Of a stretch of DNA of 64,000 nt, positions 58,128 through 64,000 are shown piece by piece. Source of the DNA: a virus. Its lineage: Duplodnaviria > Caudoviricetes. How positions within the stretch are numbered: the first letter of the stretch is position 1; the number at the start of each line of letters is the position of its first letter. The notes under the pieces are model-generated. The model saw nothing but the letters and a program-made list of their open reading frames with translations, ran no database searches and had not been told where the DNA came from. The stretch spans positions 1,646 through 65,645 of IMG/VR virus record IMGVR_UViG_3300021256_002823; one strand, given 5' to 3'. A program made the position numbers and the translations under genes.

Positions 58128-60227
58128 TTATAATTTCTTTACGCCGACCGTATTCATCAGGTTTTCAATGATATCCATCTCCGGTTTCGGAGGAATGAAT
58201 GCGATGAATCCATCACGGCCTCTTGTCAGCAGGACTCGATAACTGTTCACACGATAGGTGTTCACGTCACTATCCTCATCCTCATTCGGCTTAAATAACT
58301 TCCATGCATAGCCGTCCCACATCATATCAGTACCCCAGCCAATGATCGGCATATCGAGTTCCAGACCCTGAACGCCAAACTCGGTGACAACCTCTGTGAG
58401 CGCACAGCAGGAACGGGAATCTCCCTGTGGCGTGTTAAACCACTTACCATAGTTGGTCGGCGGATCACGGAACTGAGGAACATGCATGTACGGGTCCAAC
58501 CCCTTCGCCTTTGACGAGCACAACAGCCCATAGCGTTTATTGATCTCTCCGCGATAACGATCTCGGCAATACTGCTTTGCCTTTTCGATGTCGCGGGTAT
58601 AGTACATGTTGTAATTCTGGTCATAGATGGTAGGCACCTTCTCGGCCGCTGCATCCAGGTCTCCGTCAATCAGGAGGTTGACGAAGTCACTAACATCGCC
58701 AGCGAGGTGAGTCCTGAGCGGGATCTTCAAATCGAATGCCTCCGGATCAAGCCCGGTAGCCATCATCTGACCAGCAAACACGTCAGCCAGCTTCGGCGGG
58801 CAGATCATCTCCCAGTGCTTGCTACCGTTCTTCATAGCCTGGTTCCACAGGCCGATGCCGGAGTTCTCACCGTTATGGATCTCTTGGCCTTCACCGACCA
58901 GGATCAGCATCACGCACCATTCGAGGCGCTGCTCTGCCAAGCGGATCATCACGTCCGGTTCAGAGAAGTTACCACGGCTCTTCGCAACCATCTGCTTCGT
59001 ATCCCAGGCACGCTGGCCTTCATCAAAAACCAGCACGTTGTTGCTGAAGTCAGGTGCTCCGTTTCTCAAGAACTCGTTCTCGACCTTATGCAGGTCCTTG
59101 ACGAAGACGTTACTGCCGAGAGCATCGGTGAGCACCTTTACCAGCGGTCCATTTCCAGAAAGATAAACGGAATTTACTGCCCCATCAGGGCCCTGGATAT
59201 CATAAACATATTGAAGTCCCAGATAGGTTTTGCCCGATCCTGGAACACCGGTCACAAAGGCAATTGTGTGTGCCTTAGTCTCCCTGGCATGGTCCGTGAG
59301 CTTTTTCAGGTTTTCCAACGTCTGCGGGATGACCGTGCTCTGAACCCTGCGAATGTGCGGAAGCTCCTCATTCTTCATAAACATTCGAGCTGCTTCAACG
59401 ATTGTCGGAAGCGGCTCATACTTGGAATCCATCCATGCAGACAGATCACAAGCAGTGACTGTCGCTGTCTGCTTTGCCTCGATCGTCTCTGCCAAGCAGT
59501 CTCCTGAACAGACCGTGACACCTGCATTATTTGACGGATGAATACCTTTAGCACGTGTAAGCACAAGAACAGCTTTCACGTCCTTATCCCGAGATTCAAA
59601 ATGATACTCTCGGATGTCGCGTGCATAAGCACCTGCCTGGTCCACATCCTCTGGAAGCGCAGTAGGCTTCATCTTGAACTCCAGAATCAGGACCTGCTCC
59701 TTACTGAGAAGAACAACGTCCGGACGCCTGCCGGATTCATAGGGAAGCGCATACTCAAAAATGATGCTGTATGCTGGGTCCAGACCGGAAAGCTGATCCT
59801 GCAGGGTATCAAAGCAATCTATCCAGGCATGCTCCTGCGAATCGCCGAGCGCCAACCTGTATTCATTCGCGAATGCTGAGCGCATTTCCTGCAGCCACTC
59901 GTCACGGTTTGCACCCAGGAATCCGCCGATGCTGTTGGAATAGCAGCACCGTCTGTTCATGATCGGCTCGTCTTTTTTCTTAGGAGTCGACGCACGCCTC
60001 TTTGCCGGTGTCGGTGCAGCAGCCGGAACCTCGACGTCCTCGCCACAGTAACGCTTGATGAATGCGACACCTTCTGTGTTCCAGGTCTTCGTGTACCAGC
60101 ATTTTTTATAGTTCGTATATCGGAGGCCAGCAGCCTTCATCTGATTACGCAGCTTCTCGTCCGGGAACTGACCATCAAAATAAAGCTCGATGCCATCCTG
60201 CTCTTTATTTTCAATGTAATGTGCCAT
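58128..60227 (-). CDS. PD-(D/E)XK-like nuclease fused to a DUF2075 (Schlafen group 3-like) helicase/ATPase
   Basis: RRPDVVLL...ILEFK; GVPGSGKT; VFDEGQR; GLELD; YRVLLTRG. Confidence 0.8.
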   Translation of the reverse strand: MAHYIENKEQDGIELYFDGQFPDEKLRNQMKAAGLRYTNYKKCWYTKTWNTEGVAFIKRYCGEDVEVPAAAPTPAKRRASTPKKKDEPIMNRRCCYSNSIGGFLGANRDEWLQEMRSAFANEYRLALGDSQEHAWIDCFDTLQDQLSGLDPAYSIIFEYALPYESGRRPDVVLLSKEQVLILEFKMKPTALPEDVDQAGAYARDIREYHFESRDKDVKAVLVLTRAKGIHPSNNAGVTVCSGDCLAETIEAKQTATVTACDLSAWMDSKYEPLPTIVEAARMFMKNEELPHIRRVQSTVIPQTLENLKKLTDHARETKAHTIAFVTGVPGSGKTYLGLQYVYDIQGPDGAVNSVYLSGNGPLVKVLTDALGSNVFVKDLHKVENEFLRNGAPDFSNNVLVFDEGQRAWDTKQMVAKSRGNFSEPDVMIRLAEQRLEWCVMLILVGEGQEIHNGENSGIGLWNQAMKNGSKHWEMICPPKLADVFAGQMMATGLDPEAFDLKIPLRTHLAGDVSDFVNLLIDGDLDAAAEKVPTIYDQNYNMYYTRDIEKAKQYCRDRYRGEINKRYGLLCSSKAKGLDPYMHVPQFRDPPTNYGKWFNTPQGDSRSCCALTEVVTEFGVQGLELDMPIIGWGTDMMWDGYAWKLFKPNEDEDSDVNTYRVNSYRVLLTRGRDGFIAFIPPKPEMDIIENLMNTVGVKKL

Positions 60228-60239
60228 GGAGTTCCTTTC

Positions 60240-60998
60240 TTATTCAGAGACTTTGCGCAGTCGGAACTTGTATTCCTTTCTGGTATCGCCAGCCTCGTCT
60301 TTCTCTGTTTCGTAGTAGTATTCAACCAGAGTGAAAGCTCCCTGGTAGTAATATTCCTCAGGCGAGAGCTTCACGAACAAGTGGATGGTCTTGCCGTCCG
60401 CTGCAGCATCCTTGATTGCCCTGTTGCCACCGGTCATCTTCTGATCACCGCTCTTGCCTTCACCGGAATAGATGTAGTCGCCGTTTGTATCCCAGTGATC
60501 GTGATATACAAATCCGCTCTTTTTCTTATCGACAGAGGAGATCAGTACGACCGTTGTATCGGTCTTATTGATCCCCTTACCGAAACCGGAGATGCGGATG
60601 CCAAATTCATCCTCGACCTGCTTATATGTGAGGATCGGCTGTCTGACCAGATGCTCCACGTGATAGTCCGGGCCGAAGCCATGATCGATATCAGTTCCTT
60701 TTTTCTTTCCGGCTACCGGTGCCTGCTCAGCACGACGTCTTTCCGCAGCTGCAGCCCTCTCAGCCGCTGCAGCATCTGCCGCTGCCTTCTGCGCAGCCTG
60801 GGCTGAGGCGATCTCTTCTTCAACCGCTGCCTGCATCGCACTGTCCTGGAGTTTCACGAACTTCTCAAACGCATCCGGATAAATAAAAGTCTTTGTGCCC
60901 TTATCGCCAAAGTCGATCGATACATGTGTCCCATCAAGGGAGACCACGGTGCCTTCTCCAAATGCTTTATGAGTTACTTTCTGATTATTGATATCCAT
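60240..60998 (-). CDS. Tudor/SH3-like domain, Ala-rich linker and SRA-like domain, with no nuclease
   Basis: VTHKAFGEGTV; YHDHW...YSGEGKSGDQKM..GNRAI...IHLF. Confidence 0.65.
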   Translation of the reverse strand: MDINNQKVTHKAFGEGTVVSLDGTHVSIDFGDKGTKTFIYPDAFEKFVKLQDSAMQAAVEEEIASAQAAQKAAADAAAAERAAAAERRRAEQAPVAGKKKGTDIDHGFGPDYHVEHLVRQPILTYKQVEDEFGIRISGFGKGINKTDTTVVLISSVDKKKSGFVYHDHWDTNGDYIYSGEGKSGDQKMTGGNRAIKDAAADGKTIHLFVKLSPEEYYYQGAFTLVEYYYETEKDEAGDTRKEYKFRLRKVSE

Positions 60999-61009
60999 CT
61001 GGGTCCTCC

Positions 61010-61648
61010 TCATACTGCGCGCTGCATCTGCTGTCCATCAAAGAGACCTGCCAGCTTGCGCGGCGTATAGATGCGGCCCTTCATGTGTTCTATTTGTTCC
61101 AAGCTCTGATGTACCTTGATTCCGAATTCCTTATCCAGGAAGGTCGAGCGCATCACGGCCGTCCGCTCCATCTCATCCTTGATCTCACGTCTGCGGCGAC
61201 GGCGGACCTGGAGCATCTTGGATGTTTTTAGCATCTCAGCATCGTCCAGATCGTTCAGTTCCAAGTAATGAAGCAGGTCGCAGACCTCCTTGTCAACATC
61301 GGAGAGCATGGCGTTCAGGTTATCCTGGTACTCCTGGATATGGGAGCTCATGTAGCAAAGCTGTGACAGCGTGGATTCCCAATTATTCTTAAGCCCGTCA
61401 AACATAGTCGGCTTCTCGACCTCATCGTAATCCGGTGCGTTATAGGTCGGCTCCTCTGGCTCTGTTTCGACCTTGGCTTCGATCGTTGTATAGAACTTTG
61501 CCTTCCGGCCACCACCGATTCTATTGTTTGCATCGCGGAGGGTGAACAGCTCTGCCTCGCTGGAGTCCCTCGCCGCTACGAGATTGCCGTTAGCGCCAAT
61601 CTTGTAAAAGTGGCCTTGCATATCGATAATGTTGTACATCTTCGTCAT
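61010..61648 (-). CDS. Hypothetical protein with a helical, coiled-coil C-terminal half
   Basis: Overlaps both neighbours; LSDVDKEVCDLLHYLEL. Confidence 0.7.
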   Translation of the reverse strand: MTKMYNIIDMQGHFYKIGANGNLVAARDSSEAELFTLRDANNRIGGGRKAKFYTTIEAKVETEPEEPTYNAPDYDEVEKPTMFDGLKNNWESTLSQLCYMSSHIQEYQDNLNAMLSDVDKEVCDLLHYLELNDLDDAEMLKTSKMLQVRRRRRREIKDEMERTAVMRSTFLDKEFGIKVHQSLEQIEHMKGRIYTPRKLAGLFDGQQMQRAV

Positions 61649-61662
61649 GGCGCTTCCCCCTC

Positions 61663-63261
61663 TCAATAATTCTGTAATTTGCTGAGCGTATCCTTCCAGC
61701 GCTGCTCGGCCTCGGAAATGCTCTGAATATAATCCTGGTACGAATTCTCATATTCGTAGGCGACCTGTTTCTGATCCTCGATGGTCGGGAACGGCACGTC
61801 CAGCATCTTTAGGTCCTTGTAGCTAATGTTCATGACCGTCATGCCCTGCTGCAGACTGCTAATCAAGCTGTTGCCTATCGGGCTATCAATGAAGATCTTC
61901 AGATAGGTGCTGTCGAGCATCTTCGGGTCCGGACGGATCACGATCACATTGGATGAAGCGATGCATGGGTATTTCTGCTTATGGAACACCGCGGTGCGGA
62001 TCGCTGTGCCCCTGGCCGGCAGAAGGACATCGCCCTCACGCAAGATATAATTCGCAACCTTTCGTTCTTCCTCATCGAGTTTATCCAGCCCGTCATAGTC
62101 GATCTCATACTGTCCGATGTTGGAGATGTTCACCACACCAATCGAGCCGGTCGAGTCCTTCTTCGCTACGGACTTCCCGCGGAAGATCTCAGCGACCTCG
62201 CCGAGCGGGATCTTCTTCAAATCGGAGGCCTGGTAGCGCATAAACTCATCGTCCTGTTGCGTCAGGAGCTTGTCGATATTCCAATCACCGATATCTTCGA
62301 GCTCTTCCCGCATGGCGAAGGTATCATCACCGACCTCCATCTTCTCCACTGGACCGCGCTTGGTCTTACGTTCGACCGCCATATACTTTCTGATGACGAT
62401 ATCCTCAGTGCGGCCGGTACTTACCGTGATTAGGTATGTCTTGATGCCAGTGTTCTGGAAAATTCCGTCCGGTAGCTCTGCGATCATGCCCAGCTTGTAC
62501 ATCTGCACCACGAACTTCCGTAAGTCGTTCACGTGGCCACCAGCGAAGGTGATCCGGCCCGGCATGACGATGACAAGCTCACCGGAAGCGGAGATATGAA
62601 GGAGCAAGTTCTCAAGCGCCACCATATCAGTCTCGCGGCACATGAAGTTCGATGCATCCTCGGCCAAGTCGCGACCAGCGAAGTTCGGAATCGAGATGAT
62701 CCGATCAAACTTATCGTTGATGAATCCGTACTTATAAATATCGGCCACAATAACCTTCACGTTCATGTAGCCTTCAAAGACTCGTTCCAGTACCTTCTCA
62801 CAGAGCAGATTCTGCGACGTAATCGTGAACTCCACGTCCAGATGTGCGTCTACGGTTGATTTCAGATTCGGTACGAACTTCTCGCCCTCAGCAATCAGGA
62901 CCGTCTGGCCACCTTCGATGTGAGACATCATTTCTTCCGTAAGCGGCGCCGGAGCCAGAATCGTATACATTCCTTCAAAGGAAAGGTACTGATAGAGCAT
63001 CCGCTCCCAATCCGGTGTATCGCTCAGGCTCTTGTAGGCTTGATAGAATGTATCAACATCGGGGAAGGGATTTTGGACGCGCAGCTTGTCTGCCACGACC
63101 AGCATTGCCTCGTAGGCTGCTTCCTTCTCCATATTTTCATTGTTGTTCTGAGCCTTGGTCTCTGCGACCAGGAGTGCTCCTTCGAGCATCCGTGTAGGAG
63201 CCATAGTCCCTCGCAGTGCGTTGTAGTACATCCAAATTCTCTCTTCCTGTGCAGTAGCCAT
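61663..63261 (-). CDS. Degenerate N6-MTase-like domain fused to one HsdS-like TRD
   Basis: FDRIISIPNF in place of NPPF; VVIMP-like VIVMPG; LGEVAEIFRG...LREGDVLL...VPFPTIEDQ. Confidence 0.7.
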   Translation of the reverse strand: MATAQEERIWMYYNALRGTMAPTRMLEGALLVAETKAQNNNENMEKEAAYEAMLVVADKLRVQNPFPDVDTFYQAYKSLSDTPDWERMLYQYLSFEGMYTILAPAPLTEEMMSHIEGGQTVLIAEGEKFVPNLKSTVDAHLDVEFTITSQNLLCEKVLERVFEGYMNVKVIVADIYKYGFINDKFDRIISIPNFAGRDLAEDASNFMCRETDMVALENLLLHISASGELVIVMPGRITFAGGHVNDLRKFVVQMYKLGMIAELPDGIFQNTGIKTYLITVSTGRTEDIVIRKYMAVERKTKRGPVEKMEVGDDTFAMREELEDIGDWNIDKLLTQQDDEFMRYQASDLKKIPLGEVAEIFRGKSVAKKDSTGSIGVVNISNIGQYEIDYDGLDKLDEEERKVANYILREGDVLLPARGTAIRTAVFHKQKYPCIASSNVIVIRPDPKMLDSTYLKIFIDSPIGNSLISSLQQGMTVMNISYKDLKMLDVPFPTIEDQKQVAYEYENSYQDYIQSISEAEQRWKDTLSKLQNY

Positions 63262-63272
63262 CTCAGTTCTCC

Positions 63273-63470
63273 TTAACCCCCTGCCGTTAAATCATCCGTG
63301 ATTCTCGTAATCGTTAACTTACCATCTTCGCAATGGACGTGAATATTGTCTCCAGCAGCAAAGCCGAACTGGCTGAGCCACTGTCCCTTGAGCATGATCG
63401 TCGGCGTCGGTTTGTAGTGATATCCGCTGGTCTCGTAGACCTTCATGCTCCTGTTTTGCTTTACGTTCAT
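63273..63470 (-). CDS. symE: SymE-family toxin-like protein
   Basis: PTIMLKGQWLSQFGFAAGDNIHVHCEDGKLTI; GGAGG RBS. Confidence 0.8.
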   Translation of the reverse strand: MNVKQNRSMKVYETSGYHYKPTPTIMLKGQWLSQFGFAAGDNIHVHCEDGKLTITRITDDLTAGG

Positions 63471-63529
63471 GTCTGTATCCTCCACAAGTGCCTCTCGAGA
63501 GAGAGGCCTCCTGACTTAGCTCTGATGAT

Positions 63530-63558
63530 AATATACACCGTTCGCGGGAACTTGTCAA
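63530..63558 (-). promoter_or_regulatory. Near-consensus sigma70 promoter of the defence operon
   Basis: TTGACA-17 nt-TATATT; GTTC-CCGC-GAAC palindrome in the spacer. Confidence 0.75.
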
Positions 63559-63633
63559 CACTTTTCTGTGTTTTGGTATTTGCATACCAAATTATCATAA
63601 TCAGGTTTATTGTTCCGATGACACCAACTATCA

Positions 63634-63707
63634 TGTCAACTCAACCTACCCCTATAACCACCTTGTCAACTCAACCCCACACCATTAACAACGCTGTCAA
63701 CTCGACC
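63634..63707. repeat. Three 13-bp direct repeats TGTCAACTC(A/G)ACC at 30-31 bp period
   Basis: Copies at 63634, 63664 and 63695. Confidence 0.85.
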
Positions 63708-63745
63708 TGCCCTCGTGGAGCAGTACCCACGGAGCCTTTACGGGC

Positions 63746-63816
63746 ATAAAAAAATAGGGCTTATCAGCAAGCCAAGCTATTCAGAAATAGCCGCAGCTCG
63801 CGGATAAGCCTTATTT
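63746..63816 (-). terminator. Terminator-like structure after rlmD
   Basis: 14-bp inverted repeat 63752-65/63803-16, inner GCTATT/AATAGC stem, T-run on the minus strand. Confidence 0.6.
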
Positions 63817-63835
63817 ACTGGGCTTTCCAGCCCTC

Positions 63836-64000
63836 TTATGTGTTTTGCCTTGACATCAATACTACGCACTCGACGTGAACTGTTTCGCAAAAATTATCCA
63901 CCGGTCTTACTCTCCTAAGCTCGTACCCGTGGTTTCTCAGATACTTTACGTCCCTGGCCAGGGTTGCCGGGTCGCAGCTTACGTACACAAGCTTTTCCGG
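63836..64000 (-). CDS. rlmD: C-terminal 54 aa of 23S rRNA m5U methyltransferase RlmD/RumA (partial, absent from the ORF track)
   Basis: PEKLVYVSCDPATLARDVKYL...PVDNFCETVHVECVVLMSR; catalytic SC and HVE motifs. Confidence 0.88.
   Translation of the reverse strand, partial: PEKLVYVSCDPATLARDVKYLRNHGYELRRVRPVDNFCETVHVECVVLMSRQNT

Larger units (their letters stand above)
1..63870 (-). mobile_element. Integrated siphovirus-like prophage with accessory defence region; one end in the rlmD 3' end, the other beyond the left edge
   Basis: Ordered recombinase, lysis, tail, head, packaging and replication modules; host rlmD C-terminus at the right edge. Confidence 0.85.

Noticed and set aside
63531-63560. 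Relic rlmD fragment (reads VDKFPRTVY)
   Set aside because: Only nine codons and fully explained as a sigma70 promoter; a relic origin cannot be supported
63634-63707. Possible mini-CRISPR array
   Set aside because: 13-bp repeats and 17-18 bp spacers are too short; no cas genes
63333-63749. 138-aa plus-strand ORF with STQPT repeats
   Set aside because: By-product of the DNA repeats and antisense to symE

Overview
The window reads as a Firmicutes-type (Clostridia-like) siphovirus prophage integrated at the 3' end of rlmD/rumA, whose C-terminus is visible at 63836-64000; the other end of the element lies left of the window. From left to right: a small HTH gene, three tandem serine recombinase genes, lysis genes (GH25-CHAP-LysM endolysin and holin), tail genes and the tape measure gene. 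The tape measure gene is split after about its 4th codon by an ~8 kb element (about 15589-23544) carrying three tyrosine recombinases, a TnpC-like gene and a nine-repeat zinc-ribbon protein, and the element's end supplies a new in-frame start. Next come HK97-like head and packaging genes, a ParB-MTase plus a minimal SAM synthetase, and a replication module (SNF2, VRR-NUC, P4-type primase, DUF2800/DUF2815, family A DNA polymerase). A possible regulatory switch follows: a sigma-like gene with a structured leader, paired operators and an ImmA/IrrE-XRE fusion. The last part is an ~15.7 kb, 11-gene co-oriented defence-like operon: SymE, a degenerate MTase-TRD, an unknown protein, a Tudor-SRA protein, a PD-(D/E)XK-DUF2075 helicase, an ADP-ribosylglycohydrolase-HsdM fusion, a second HsdM, HsdS, HsdR, NUDIX and ImmA-XRE. 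No rRNA, tRNA or CRISPR array was seen. All family assignments come from motifs recognised by eye; no database searches were run.
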